Source of the DNA: a virus
Length of the DNA stretch: 64,000 nucleotides
Direction: 5' to 3' (one strand)
IMG/VR virus record: IMGVR_UViG_3300035034_000707
Span: 1 to 64,000 of that record
Shown: one piece after another, positions 47,825 through 57,409 of the stretch
Numbering within the stretch: the stretch's first letter is position 1
How the letters are laid out: each line of letters starts with the position of its first letter
Made by a program: the position numbers and the translations under genes
Notes under the pieces: generated by a model
The model's input: the letters and a program-made list of their open reading frames with translations, nothing else
Database searches by the model: none
Told to the model about the DNA's origin: nothing

Positions 47825-48153
47825 GCATCCGGCGAAACTTCCCCGCAGATAACCCCCGCGAATATGGCAACCGCAAAGAGGCTGGTATCGTCAAGCGTGG
47901 TGGCTATAAGACCACCCCGAACTCCGGGGCGTCCAGCGTCAAGGGGGACCTCCGGCGGGGAAAATGGATGGTCGAAGTTAAGGCGACGAAGCACGCCAGC
48001 TTCCCGGTCACCGCTGAGATAATGGGAAAACTGCGCAACGATGGGTTGACGAACGGTAAACCGGGGGTTCTAATAGTGGAAATCGGGACAGGCGAGAAAT
48101 TTGCCGTGATGCCCCTCTCACAATTCGAAAGGCTCGTGCCAGACGATGATTAA
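47821..48153 (+). CDS. PD-(D/E)XK nuclease, Hjc-like
   Basis: E...SGA..KGD...VEVK. Confidence 0.65.
   Translation: MSIRRNFPADNPREYGNRKEAGIVKRGGYKTTPNSGASSVKGDLRRGKWMVEVKATKHASFPVTAEIMGKLRNDGLTNGKPGVLIVEIGTGEKFAVMPLSQFERLVPDDD
48046..48074 (+). promoter_or_regulatory. intragenic promoter TTGACG-N17-TCTAAT before the exonuclease gene
   Basis: GGGTTGACGAACGGT with a G run, inside a CDS. Confidence 0.6.
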
Positions 48154-49120
48154 ATTCAAATCGAAGACCCCTGCCCCGGAACCACCCAAAAAAGGGAAGG
48201 CCGCGCCCGCCGAAAGCGCAGACCATGAACCCTTGTTCCAGATAAAAGACTTCCCCGAGAACCACGTTCTTTACCATATCCACAAGAATACCCCTGCGCC
48301 CCGCTCCGCACGGCCACATGACGTGGTGCACGCCTCCGATCTTGACCCGGTGCGCAACTGGTGTCCGAAAGAACCGGCGCTCCTGACGCTCCATAAGAAA
48401 AAACGGAAGTCAGACTTTGTATCGACTGCACAGCGTATGACATGGGGTATGGGCTACAAGGGGGCCGATCTTCTCATGGACCTTATCCCTAGGCAAAAGG
48501 TATGGGGTAACTGGAAGTGCCGATCATGCAGCCACGAAATGAAATTCAGCTACTCCCCTACAAAGTGCGGCGGTTGCGGCGGAAACTGGAAAGCTATCAG
48601 GTATGTGGAAGTCTTCCTGCGTGATCCGGTCAGTAAGATCGTGGGGTCAGTCGATTGTTTTGTGGATATCCTCGGGAACGGTATCAAGACGCCGATGGAA
48701 TTCAAGACGGAAGGCAACAGTAGTTTCAAGCCGCGAACGAAGCCCGAGTTTGATCACGAGTGGCGCACGATGCTTTATCTCTGGCTGATCGCCCAAACGC
48801 CCGGGATGGTAGACAAGGGCCTAAACCCGAATGAAGGCCGGGTGCTCTACTTTACGAAGGAAGGCTGGGCCGACTGCCCTAAGATCAAGGAATGGAAACT
48901 GTCTGACTGGCCGAAGTCCTCAGTCAAGGAATACTGGGTCAACCGAAATGACAGCATGGTGGCGAACAAGATAGACGCCGCGATGTCCTATAGGCTCTGG
49001 CGTGAGAAGCATGATCTTGGGGTAAGCCCGAACGATAACCCGATGCCCGAACGGGTATGTCAAACCGCGCAAGACACGAAGGCGAAAAACTGTGTCGTGT
49101 GCAAGGAGTGTTTCAAATGA
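48146..49120 (+). CDS. Cas4/RecB-like exonuclease with Fe-S/Zn cysteines
   Basis: ASD...CP, E...G.VD...EFKT, LY, C-terminal C..CxxCxxC. Confidence 0.75.
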   Translation: MIKFKSKTPAPEPPKKGKAAPAESADHEPLFQIKDFPENHVLYHIHKNTPAPRSARPHDVVHASDLDPVRNWCPKEPALLTLHKKKRKSDFVSTAQRMTWGMGYKGADLLMDLIPRQKVWGNWKCRSCSHEMKFSYSPTKCGGCGGNWKAIRYVEVFLRDPVSKIVGSVDCFVDILGNGIKTPMEFKTEGNSSFKPRTKPEFDHEWRTMLYLWLIAQTPGMVDKGLNPNEGRVLYFTKEGWADCPKIKEWKLSDWPKSSVKEYWVNRNDSMVANKIDAAMSYRLWREKHDLGVSPNDNPMPERVCQTAQDTKAKNCVVCKECFK

Positions 49121-49641
49121 GGGTATGTGGCTGCGACCCGGACCTGAACGGCGGCTTTGCCGTGATTGACACGCAGACCCTAGAAATAGTCTCTCTGCGC
49201 CTCATGCCGCTCTTTGTCCCCCCGGTAAAGGGCAAGAGACGCATCGACGCACAGGGGGCCTTTGAACTTCTCAAGGAAGCGCGCCGCGTTGGGGCTGAAT
49301 ATGTCGCGCTGGAACAGGCCGTGGTCAAGCCTCAGATATCTTCCAAAGGCCCGGCGATGATGGGCAGCGTTCATACCGTTCATCAGAACTATGGGATGCT
49401 GCGCGCGCTATGTGAAATCATGTTTAGCAGAAGTCGCGTGATTGACGCTTGGCCCTCTACATGGAAAAAGGATATGGGTCTAACCTCGGACAAAAACCTG
49501 TCACTGGAAAAAGCGATAGCCCTCTACCCCTCTCATACCTCACTCTTTGCCAAGAAAAAGAACGTAGGTCTGGCTGAGTCCCTGTTACTGGCTCGGTGGG
49601 GCGCAGAAAAAGTGATCTTAAGATCATCGGGGGTTGACTAA
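49117..49641 (+). CDS. RuvC-like Holliday junction resolvase
   Basis: GCDP...GG.A, LE, YG, P.TWKK, AESLL.A. Confidence 0.8.
   Translation: MRVCGCDPDLNGGFAVIDTQTLEIVSLRLMPLFVPPVKGKRRIDAQGAFELLKEARRVGAEYVALEQAVVKPQISSKGPAMMGSVHTVHQNYGMLRALCEIMFSRSRVIDAWPSTWKKDMGLTSDKNLSLEKAIALYPSHTSLFAKKKNVGLAESLLLARWGAEKVILRSSGVD
49612..49627. repeat. 16-bp site GTGATCTTAAGATCAT
   Basis: Near-perfect palindrome 6 nt before a -35 box. Confidence 0.8.
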
Positions 49642-49662
49642 CGCCACGAAGGGGCTTAGGTT
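49634..49662 (+). promoter_or_regulatory. conserved promoter TTGACT-N17-TAGGTT
   Basis: Motif family; ACCAC at 49669. Confidence 0.8.
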
Positions 49663-49695
49663 ACGAATACCACTAAGCAACAAAGGACAATCAAA

Positions 49696-50862
49696 ATGAA
49701 CCCTATCATCTACAAAGAGGCGGTCGAAGCACTCGCCATCCCGAAACTCACCGCGTTCCTGAAACTCGTTACAGATACCGTCGAAATCGAAGGCTGGTCG
49801 AAGCTGCGTGCCCCGGAAAAGCGGGCTAACATGCTCGAAGCCCTTGAACAGTCCTCGGAACTCCGCAAGGAATTTGTCGTGTTCTACGGGGAAGAAAAAG
49901 GCACGGACACCGACTATTCCGAATGGGAAACATCGGACCTCCCCGAAGTATCAGAGACGCCTCAGGAACCGGCCCCTGAGCCACCGACCGGCACAGATGT
50001 CAGCAAAGCCACCGCCTACACTCCGACACAGGACACACCCACCGCGTTCGTTGAAGGCGCTTTTGAAGTGATCGTATCAGAGGTCGCTGGGCTGGACGCC
50101 GTACAGTCCAAGGCGAACCTTCACGAAGCCGAAGACCGGATGCAATTCGAACATATCCGCATCGGCGCGCTGCTGGCGCATATCCAGAAAGCAGACCTTT
50201 ACATCCAACTCGGGTATGACAACCTCCGGGAATTCCTTCACGCGGAAACCACGATGGACTACCGCAAGGGCGTTCAGTTGATCAAGAATTTCAACACGGT
50301 CAAGGAACTTGGCATCCCGGCGAAAGACCTGACCGGCGTGACATGGGCGGCGCTCCGCCATATCGTCCCTATTCTCACGGCAACGAATTACAAGAAGTGG
50401 CTCGACGCCGCACGGTCCAGCACCCACATCACGCTGATCGAACAGGTCTACAAAGAAAAGACCAAGCAGGCTGGGGCACTCCCCGCTCCGGGTGATACCG
50501 CCACGGGCGAAGCTATCCCGGAACAGGAGAAACTCACATCGAAGGTGTTCAACGTCTACGCAGAACAGAACGCCAATATCACAGCGGCTATCGACAAGGC
50601 CAAGAACGCGGCCAACGTCAACAGCATGGGCGCGGCCTTGGATATCATCGCATCGGCCTATATAGGGTCCCCGGCCTCGGATGCCACGATAGGCGCGATT
50701 ATGCCCGATACCTCAGTGGAGGGCCTTACCAACGTCTTCTCAAAGATGGCGAACGATGATCCGGCCAACGCAATTATGGTGGTCTTCTCCGCACTCGAAG
50801 CGGTATGGCCCACCGTAGAAGTCGCAGTCACGTTCCCACCCAACTATAATGGGACCACCTAA
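49696..50862 (+). CDS. hypothetical protein
   Basis: Own promoter, AAGGA RBS. Confidence 0.8.
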   Translation: MNPIIYKEAVEALAIPKLTAFLKLVTDTVEIEGWSKLRAPEKRANMLEALEQSSELRKEFVVFYGEEKGTDTDYSEWETSDLPEVSETPQEPAPEPPTGTDVSKATAYTPTQDTPTAFVEGAFEVIVSEVAGLDAVQSKANLHEAEDRMQFEHIRIGALLAHIQKADLYIQLGYDNLREFLHAETTMDYRKGVQLIKNFNTVKELGIPAKDLTGVTWAALRHIVPILTATNYKKWLDAARSSTHITLIEQVYKEKTKQAGALPAPGDTATGEAIPEQEKLTSKVFNVYAEQNANITAAIDKAKNAANVNSMGAALDIIASAYIGSPASDATIGAIMPDTSVEGLTNVFSKMANDDPANAIMVVFSALEAVWPTVEVAVTFPPNYNGTT

Positions 50863-50891
50863 CCGATACATCTAACTAAAGACTGTAACAG

Positions 50892-50917
50892 GGCCGGGGG
50901 TAACACTCCGGCCTTTT
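50892..50917 (+). terminator. intrinsic terminator
   Basis: GGCCGGGG/CTCCGGCC stem followed by TTTT. Confidence 0.7.
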
Positions 50918-50920
50918 CGG

Positions 50921-50949
50921 TTGACAAACGGGGCAAGAGACCGGATGCT
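50921..50949 (+). promoter_or_regulatory. conserved promoter TTGACA-N17-GATGCT
   Basis: Motif family; CACCACAAC leader. Confidence 0.75.
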
Positions 50950-50982
50950 GGGCCGATCACCACAACGCAAAAGGCTAACCCC

Positions 50983-51603
50983 ATGAACCTCTTCGTGCTA
51001 GATACAAACCCGCTTACCGCCGCCACAGCGCTCAATGATAAACACGTCCTAAAAATGATCCTAGAGACAGCGCAACTCTTGGACGGCGGGACCCGCCCGA
51101 TTATGCAAGCGATACAGCCCAACCAGACGCATGAGATAGTTGGTATCCCAGCCAGCCAGAAGAACAATCCCTGCATCCTATCCGCTTCCTCTGAGATAGT
51201 CTGGGACTATGCCCATCGTCATTTTATCGGGCTACTCGGGGAATACCGCTACCGCTATGGCAAGAGGCACTCCTACGATACTGAGGATATGCGCCGCAAA
51301 CTCACAGAGCGGGGCAACAGCGCACGAAACGGCATGAGCGGGGCGGGGTTCTACCTAGCGATGCCAGATGCCCATAAGGGGCGCGATAAACGGGGTCTCG
51401 CCTCACTGGCACAAGCAGTCGTCAGCTACCGCAGCTACTACTCCCGTGAAAAGACTTCCTTTGGAACGGTCCCCAAACCTGCTACATGGAAACGCCGCGC
51501 TCCACCGGTATGGCTCACCCGGACGATGAATGACTTGGACTATCAACGTAACCTGTCCAGCGATGGGCACTATCATTTTTATCAAAAGAAGGTAACGGCA
51601 TGA
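50983..51603 (+). CDS. pyrimidine-dimer glycosylase (DenV)-superfamily protein
   Basis: MNLF.LD.NP...A....DKHV.KM.LE.AQLL, EY..RYGK.H, AMPD, YR.YY...K, W..R..P.W. Confidence 0.8.
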   Translation: MNLFVLDTNPLTAATALNDKHVLKMILETAQLLDGGTRPIMQAIQPNQTHEIVGIPASQKNNPCILSASSEIVWDYAHRHFIGLLGEYRYRYGKRHSYDTEDMRRKLTERGNSARNGMSGAGFYLAMPDAHKGRDKRGLASLAQAVVSYRSYYSREKTSFGTVPKPATWKRRAPPVWLTRTMNDLDYQRNLSSDGHYHFYQKKVTA

Positions 51604-51923
51604 CCGAAGCAGAAACCGATAAGTTCCTGAATAATGCCACAGACGGCCAAACGATCAGGGTCACCGTGGCGTCAGGCCGCGTCTTTGATGGCGTCTACGA
51701 TGGTGCACACACAACGCCAGACGACGCCCTCTATTTTGAAACTATGGAGGGCACGGCCTGCCGGGCAGAGTGGCCAAACATTGTTGAAATAAGCTATCGC
51801 TCCGCCCGGACGATGGGGCGCAGTATGATGGTTCCTCCTGAACACCCGCTGTCCGGGGTATCACGGCAGCAGACTGGCCCGAATGGAGGGCCTATGCGCC
51901 CGTATACGACGCGGAACCGGTGA
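51600..51923 (+). CDS. hypothetical protein
   Basis: ATGA coupling. Confidence 0.6.
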   Translation: MTEAETDKFLNNATDGQTIRVTVASGRVFDGVYDGAHTTPDDALYFETMEGTACRAEWPNIVEISYRSARTMGRSMMVPPEHPLSGVSRQQTGPNGGPMRPYTTRNR

Positions 51924-52519
51924 TGGTTACAAAGATCAAACAACTGGCCAAAGGTCTACTGAAAGACGAAGGGGCGTTCATGGGGGGCGATCACGAGTTT
52001 GACCAGATACCTATCCCCGTGAAGGTCATTAAGCCCCTTATAGGCCCCCTACCACCACTGGACCCGGACGATCTATCAGGGTTCGATGTGGCCTCACCCG
52101 ATAGCCCTGAGGTTCAGGACTACATCACTGAGGAAGACCTAAAGGAAGCCGTGTTTAAGCTAGCGGCTACTCCAAACCCTAAGGGGCTGGTCCCAGTCAC
52201 GCCATTGGATACGCCGAAAGGCTATACGAATATGACGTTCGATCATGGTGAGGGTTCTTCAAAGGTAAAAAATAATGTTGGCATAACGGTTTTATTTTAC
52301 AAGGATACGGTGACGCATAGCTACGTAGCAAAGCTAAAAATAACAGACATTACTATGAACGTGGCAATCCCCTCTCACGCAATAGCTGAGAAAGGGGAAA
52401 GCTACTTTGATGAACACCTATACCCTGTCCTTGCCAGTATGCTAACTCAGGCGCTAATGGACGGAATAGGGGGCCAACTTAAGACGGCAGTTTCCAACGC
52501 GGTCAAGGTCGTGGATTGA
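51920..52519 (+). CDS. hypothetical protein
   Basis: Coupled ORF. Confidence 0.65.
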   Translation: MMVTKIKQLAKGLLKDEGAFMGGDHEFDQIPIPVKVIKPLIGPLPPLDPDDLSGFDVASPDSPEVQDYITEEDLKEAVFKLAATPNPKGLVPVTPLDTPKGYTNMTFDHGEGSSKVKNNVGITVLFYKDTVTHSYVAKLKITDITMNVAIPSHAIAEKGESYFDEHLYPVLASMLTQALMDGIGGQLKTAVSNAVKVVD

Positions 52520-52544
52520 CGAACGCAATGATAGGGGCCATAGT
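52516..52544 (+). promoter_or_regulatory. conserved promoter TTGACG-N17-CATAGT
   Basis: Motif family. Confidence 0.7.
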
Positions 52545-52574
52545 TACGGCTTCCTGCGTAGCCCAGAGGACCTC

Positions 52575-53138
52575 ATGGACAAAATAGAACAACGCGCGCT
52601 ATCCGATCTTAAAGCAGCGCCCCAGAACTCGCGTAAGCATGGGGCCTATCAGATCAAACAGATCATGGCCTCCATCCAAAAATTCGGCTGGACAATCCCG
52701 GTTCTTATTGACGAAGAAAACATGATAATCGCGGGCCACGCCCGGGTTACCGCCGCGAAGAGACTTGGCATAAAGGAAGGCCCTTGTATCGTGGCAACGG
52801 GCTGGACGGCGGAAGCCAAGGAAGCCTATCAGATCACTGACAATCGGCTGGCCGAACAGTCAGAATGGGATGAGGAAATCCTGAACAACCAGATCAAACG
52901 GCTCAACGCCGCAAACTTTGATCTGGGCTTCCTCGACATGACGGCGTTCAACACGGAATTGTTTAACCCATCTGTGAACCCAAACTTCGATACCAGCAAC
53001 GTAACAGAGGCTCAGGCTCAGGCCGCATCTGATAAGCTGACTGGTCAGTTTGACCCGGCCAACGCCACCGCACCAGCAAAGGCGGACTATACCGTGGCTT
53101 GCCCGCACTGTGGCGAAGACTTCGAAATCACAATCTAA
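52575..53138 (+). CDS. ParB/Srx N-terminal domain protein with C-terminal CPHCG
   Basis: N.R.H...QI..I..SI..FGW..P.LID...IIAGHAR, DNRLAE..WD. Confidence 0.88.
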   Translation: MDKIEQRALSDLKAAPQNSRKHGAYQIKQIMASIQKFGWTIPVLIDEENMIIAGHARVTAAKRLGIKEGPCIVATGWTAEAKEAYQITDNRLAEQSEWDEEILNNQIKRLNAANFDLGFLDMTAFNTELFNPSVNPNFDTSNVTEAQAQAASDKLTGQFDPANATAPAKADYTVACPHCGEDFEITI

Positions 53139-53152
53139 CACAGGAGGCCCCC

Positions 53153-53806
53153 ATGGCCGTGAAGACAAAAGGGGCTGCGGCCTCAAACGAACTGGCTATC
53201 GTTTACAAGGCCGTGGCTGACCTCGAACCCTACGCGAACAACCCGCGCAAGAACGATGATCAGGTCCCGCGCATGGTAGACCTGATCAAGAAGTTTGGGT
53301 TTAAGGTCCCTCTGCTGGTCCGGGGCAACCAGATCGTGGACGGGCACCTGCGTATCAAGGCCGCAACCAAGATGGGTATGGCAACGGTCCCGACTATCGA
53401 CGTTGGTGCAATGCCGGAAGCCGAAGAACGGGCGCTCCGCATCGCCCTGAACAAATCGGTCGAATGGGCTGAGTGGGACAACGACCTGCTTGGCACCGAA
53501 ATGAAAGCGATTATGGCGGGCGGGCTAGACCTGAACCTGACAGGGTTTGACAGTTCCGAATTTGACAAGCTGATCAAGGAAGTCGCTGAACCAAAGCCGA
53601 CCGCGCCCTCCGTGAACAAGACGAAGTTGGCCGATGCCGGGACCCCAGCAGACCCAGATTATGTCAGTCTGTCCTTCCATATGACGGCGGCGAACCGGGA
53701 TACCCTGATGGCGGCGCTTGAGAAATACCGCACCCAGCATGAACTGGTAAACCAGTCGCAGGCGCTCCTATCAATGGCGAAGGCATGGGTAGGGGCGTCC
53801 AAATGA
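53153..53806 (+). CDS. second ParB/Srx N-terminal domain protein
   Basis: PY.NNPR.N, FGF..P, IVDGHLR, N...E...WD. Confidence 0.88.
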   Translation: MAVKTKGAAASNELAIVYKAVADLEPYANNPRKNDDQVPRMVDLIKKFGFKVPLLVRGNQIVDGHLRIKAATKMGMATVPTIDVGAMPEAEERALRIALNKSVEWAEWDNDLLGTEMKAIMAGGLDLNLTGFDSSEFDKLIKEVAEPKPTAPSVNKTKLADAGTPADPDYVSLSFHMTAANRDTLMAALEKYRTQHELVNQSQALLSMAKAWVGASK

Positions 53807-54450
53807 CTATTCAACAGTTTGGGCCTCATCGCGTTCGCCACGGTAACGTCATGGACCGGGCCGGTATTGATGCCCTCATGGATGGGGACGCTGCCGACAT
53901 CTTTTATTCAGACCCGCCGTGGGGTCAGGGCAATCTGAAATACTGGTCAACGATAAACAAGAAAATGACCGGACAGGTCATGGAACAGCCCCCGCTGGAC
54001 GACTTCCTCAACGCTATCTTTGACCTCGCGGCTCACTACACTCAGGATTATCTGTGTATCGAATACGGATGCCGGTGGCTGGACGCTATTCAGAAACACG
54101 CGACTGACCGGGGTTTTACGCCCCTCGTGGTCGTGGATATCCAGTATCGCAGCGGGGCCAAGATGCTCCCACTTCATCTGCATGTCTTCTCTAAAGGCGG
54201 GATGCCCCTCCCCCCGGGCTACGTCGCCTCGGTGGCCGGAACGCATGGCTATGACTGTATAGCCAAGGCGGTTAAGCCCCTTGCGGAAATGGTCAAGAAA
54301 AAGAGCAGCGACCCGATCATCATGGACCCATGTTGTGGCATGGGGTACACGGCAAGATGCGCTCTCGAATTCGGGTTAGACTTCCGGGGCAACGAACTCA
54401 ACGAAAAGCGTCTGGCCAAGACCATTGCCCGGTTTGGCAAGATCAAGTAG
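53803..54450 (+). CDS. amino-DNA-methyltransferase-like protein (beta order)
   Basis: SDPPW motif IV then DPCCGMG motif I. Confidence 0.75.
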   Translation: MTIQQFGPHRVRHGNVMDRAGIDALMDGDAADIFYSDPPWGQGNLKYWSTINKKMTGQVMEQPPLDDFLNAIFDLAAHYTQDYLCIEYGCRWLDAIQKHATDRGFTPLVVVDIQYRSGAKMLPLHLHVFSKGGMPLPPGYVASVAGTHGYDCIAKAVKPLAEMVKKKSSDPIIMDPCCGMGYTARCALEFGLDFRGNELNEKRLAKTIARFGKIK

Positions 54451-54459
54451 GGGGTCCCC

Positions 54460-55047
54460 TTGGACAAAATCCCATATCACAGTGCCCTTAAACAGGGAAA
54501 AGGCGAAGAGGCCGAACCCCTTCAAGGGGTCCATACCGACGCGCAGGGGAACACTTGTTTCGTTTGGGACGTAACCACCCCCGACATCCCAGAAGCCTAC
54601 CTGACGTGTGACCTGATCTACGCAGAGCCGTCTTGGCCCGGGGGGCTAGAGCGGTTCGATGCTCGGGCCGGGGTCAAGACTGACTCTTATGCTGCATATG
54701 CCGGGGCTATCGCATCCTTTATTGAAAGGCTGAATAAGCCGACTGTCATGTTTGTGGGGGCCAATGCGCTTAGGCACACTCCCCCGCCTGACTTTACGGT
54801 CAGCGCGATCCTGAATGGCAACAAGGTTCAGGCGGCTTTCTGGAACGGGGCCTTTGCTACGGGGAACAGCAATCAGGAAATCATCCGAAACCTAGCAAAA
54901 CGCTATGATAGGGTAGGCGACTTCTGCTGCGGGTATGGGACAACTGGGCGGCTGTTTATGGAAGCTGGAAAGACCTGCGTTCTGACGGATTACAACGCGA
55001 ACTGTTGTGGCTATATCGCGCAGGAAATGAAGGGCTGGGGCGCATGA
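54460..55047 (+). CDS. degenerate DNA-methyltransferase-like protein
   Basis: DLIYAEPSW and DFCCGYG; TTG start. Confidence 0.6.
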   Translation: MDKIPYHSALKQGKGEEAEPLQGVHTDAQGNTCFVWDVTTPDIPEAYLTCDLIYAEPSWPGGLERFDARAGVKTDSYAAYAGAIASFIERLNKPTVMFVGANALRHTPPPDFTVSAILNGNKVQAAFWNGAFATGNSNQEIIRNLAKRYDRVGDFCCGYGTTGRLFMEAGKTCVLTDYNANCCGYIAQEMKGWGA

Positions 55048-56234
55048 AAATCAACATGAAAGAGAACGTATATGAGGCGGCGTTACAGCGCATCGAATAC
55101 CTCTTCGAACAATTCGATACGGTCTATGTTTCATTCTCTGGGGGGAAGGACAGCACGGTAGTTTTGAACCTCGCCTTGGAAGTGGCCGAACGCCTTGGGC
55201 GACTACCCCTCCGGGTATTCTTTCTGGATCAGGAGGCCGAATGGCAGGCCGTGATTAACTATGTCGAAACGGTTATGTATGATCCTCGCATCGACCCCTA
55301 CTGGCTACAAGTCCCTTTCAAACTGACCAACTCTACCTCCGAAACGGAAAATTACCTGAATTGCTGGGACCCCGAAAAAGAGGCGGTCTGGATGCGTGAG
55401 AAAGACCCGGTGTCAATCAAAGAAAATACTTTTGACGAAACCCGGTTTCACATGATGTTTCACGCGATCATGGCGAAGTGGCACCCTGACGAAAAGGCCT
55501 GCATGATTGGCGGCGTCCGGGCGGAAGAAAGCCCGGCCCGATATCAAGCCCTGACCACGAACCCGAAGTATCAGCACGTCACATGGGGGAAGCGCCTGAA
55601 CAAGGACAAGCACCCGCACTGGACGTTCTATCCGATTTATGACTGGTCCTACAAAGACGTTTGGAAATACATCCACGACAAGGCCCTGCCCTACTGCCTG
55701 ATCTATGATTATTTCTATCAGCATGGCGTCAATGTCCGGGACATGCGGGTGTCTAGCCTGCACCACCAAACTGCCGTCCGGTCCCTCTACTACCTCCAAG
55801 AGATTGAGCAAGAAACGTGGGACAAGATGGTGCGCCGCATCGGGGGTATCCACGTTACTCGGAACATGGAAATGGGTGAAATGTTCAAGACGATAAAGAC
55901 ACTTCCTTGGATGTTTCGAAGCTGGTCTGAATACCGGGATCACCTTCTGGACAAGCTGATTACGAACGAAGAGACAAAGGCAAACTTCAAGGCCCGCTTC
56001 GACAGGGACGATGCCTTCTATGACCTCATGCTCAACCCCGACCGATATGTGAAGGTGCATATCACAACGGTCCTCGCCAACGATACTGACTTTACCAAAC
56101 TGAATGACTTCTACGTTCAGCCTCGCGTCCGGGAATACACGAAGTGGCGCAAGGGTGGCGAAGTGAAACGGGAATTTGCTCAGTGGATCAGAGAAGAATA
56201 CCATGCCGACATCAAGTTCGTGAAAGGACGCTGA
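55044..56234 (+). CDS. IbrA-like PAPS-reductase/PP-loop protein
   Basis: SFSGGKDS, DQEA, GVRAEES..R, YPIYDW...DVW, MRVS. Confidence 0.88.
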   Translation: MKINMKENVYEAALQRIEYLFEQFDTVYVSFSGGKDSTVVLNLALEVAERLGRLPLRVFFLDQEAEWQAVINYVETVMYDPRIDPYWLQVPFKLTNSTSETENYLNCWDPEKEAVWMREKDPVSIKENTFDETRFHMMFHAIMAKWHPDEKACMIGGVRAEESPARYQALTTNPKYQHVTWGKRLNKDKHPHWTFYPIYDWSYKDVWKYIHDKALPYCLIYDYFYQHGVNVRDMRVSSLHHQTAVRSLYYLQEIEQETWDKMVRRIGGIHVTRNMEMGEMFKTIKTLPWMFRSWSEYRDHLLDKLITNEETKANFKARFDRDDAFYDLMLNPDRYVKVHITTVLANDTDFTKLNDFYVQPRVREYTKWRKGGEVKREFAQWIREEYHADIKFVKGR

Positions 56235-56235
56235 T

Positions 56236-56907
56236 ATGAACTCCGCCTTGGACCAAAGCCTAGACGAACTCCTGACCGGGTTAGACGCGGTAAGCGACGA
56301 TGAGCGGTTGGACGCCATCGAAGCCATCCGGGAAAAGCTGCATCTGGTCAGCCCGCTAAAAAGCCAACCAGTTGATCGTATCAGGTGGGTCCCTATCGAA
56401 ATGGTGTCCCCGAATGACTACAACCCCAACGCCGTAGCCGAAGTCGAAATGAAGCTGCTGTATCACTCCATTAAGAATGATGGCTATACTCAGCCTATTG
56501 TTACGATATGGGATGAAGAGGCCGGGGTCTTTGTAATTGTGGACGGCTTCCACCGCTATTATGTCTGCAAGATGAATGAAGATATTCGAACCCGGAACAA
56601 CGGGCGGCTACCCATTGTTGTAATTGACAAAGGGATCAATGACCGGATGGCCTCTACCGTCCGACACAACCGCGCCCGGGGGAAGCACTCAATAGCTGGT
56701 ATGTCCAACATGGTGTTTTCGATGCTGGATGAAGGATGGGGCGATGCGGATATCTGCAACGAACTTGGCATGGAAGCCGGGGAACTAGCCCGCCTAAAAC
56801 ATATCAGCGGCTTTTCAAAGCTGTTCGAAAAGGCTGAATACAGCAAGGCTTGGAAGTCCCGCACTATGATCCGGGCGGAAAAGAAATTACGGGACGCCAA
56901 AGGTTGA
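56236..56907 (+). CDS. IbrB-like ParB-domain protein
   Basis: PNDYNPN, SI..DGYTQPIV, VDGFHR, STVRHNRARGKH. Confidence 0.9.
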   Translation: MNSALDQSLDELLTGLDAVSDDERLDAIEAIREKLHLVSPLKSQPVDRIRWVPIEMVSPNDYNPNAVAEVEMKLLYHSIKNDGYTQPIVTIWDEEAGVFVIVDGFHRYYVCKMNEDIRTRNNGRLPIVVIDKGINDRMASTVRHNRARGKHSIAGMSNMVFSMLDEGWGDADICNELGMEAGELARLKHISGFSKLFEKAEYSKAWKSRTMIRAEKKLRDAKG

Positions 56908-56943
56908 CGCTTGCAACTAGGGGGTGGGCCGTTCTATGATGCG

Positions 56944-56959
56944 GTGCACCTAAGATCAC
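56944..56959. repeat. 16-bp site GTGCACCTAAGATCAC
   Basis: Between TATGAT (56935) and the TerS RBS. Confidence 0.8.
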
Positions 56960-56971
56960 GGAGACGCTAGG

Positions 56972-57409
56972 ATGGCTGTCAAAATTGTTGGGTCGGATAA
57001 GGCTACGGCCTCTTCCACTGGGTCCATGTTAAAGAAATACCCACAGATCAAGCTGGAGCAGCTAGAAGTCTTTGGACGGCTACGCATGACTCACCTCCAG
57101 ATAGCAGAGTACTACGGCGTGCCCACAAGGTCCGTGACCCGCCTCATGGGCTATTCGGAAGCTAAGCAAGCCTATAGCCGGGGCCGTGCTGAAACCGTTG
57201 TAGCGGTCAGGCAGAAACAGCTTCAACTCGCACTCGGGGGGAACATCACTCTCCTGCTCCACGCGGGGTTTCACTTTGCGGATCAAGAGAAGGATGCGAC
57301 ACTTATCCCTCAGACGGATTTGGAACCGTCACGTTTCTCGTGGGATGCTGAAATGAAGAAGCGCCTAGCAGCCGCCCGTGAAGAGATAGGGCAGGCGGAT
57401 ACGGGGTGA
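56972..57409 (+). CDS. putative terminase small subunit
   Basis: HTH (T..QIA.YYGV), A..RGRA, A..GN; directly before TerL. Confidence 0.7.
   Translation: MAVKIVGSDKATASSTGSMLKKYPQIKLEQLEVFGRLRMTHLQIAEYYGVPTRSVTRLMGYSEAKQAYSRGRAETVVAVRQKQLQLALGGNITLLLHAGFHFADQEKDATLIPQTDLEPSRFSWDAEMKKRLAAAREEIGQADTG

Noticed and set aside
48873-48888. TAAGATCA half-site in the exonuclease gene
   Set aside because: The other half does not match the consensus; likely background.
48146-49120. CRISPR-Cas system suggested by the Cas4-like nuclease and repeated motifs
   Set aside because: No regularly spaced repeat-spacer array and no other cas genes; solo Cas4-like nucleases are common in phage recombination modules.
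49612-49627. Identifying the 16-bp site as a CRP, FNR, LexA or chromosomal parS box
   Set aside because: Half-site spacing is 2 bp longer than CRP/FNR boxes; it does not match the alphaproteobacterial LexA direct repeat (GTTC-N7-GTTC) or parS (TGTTTCACGTGAAACA).
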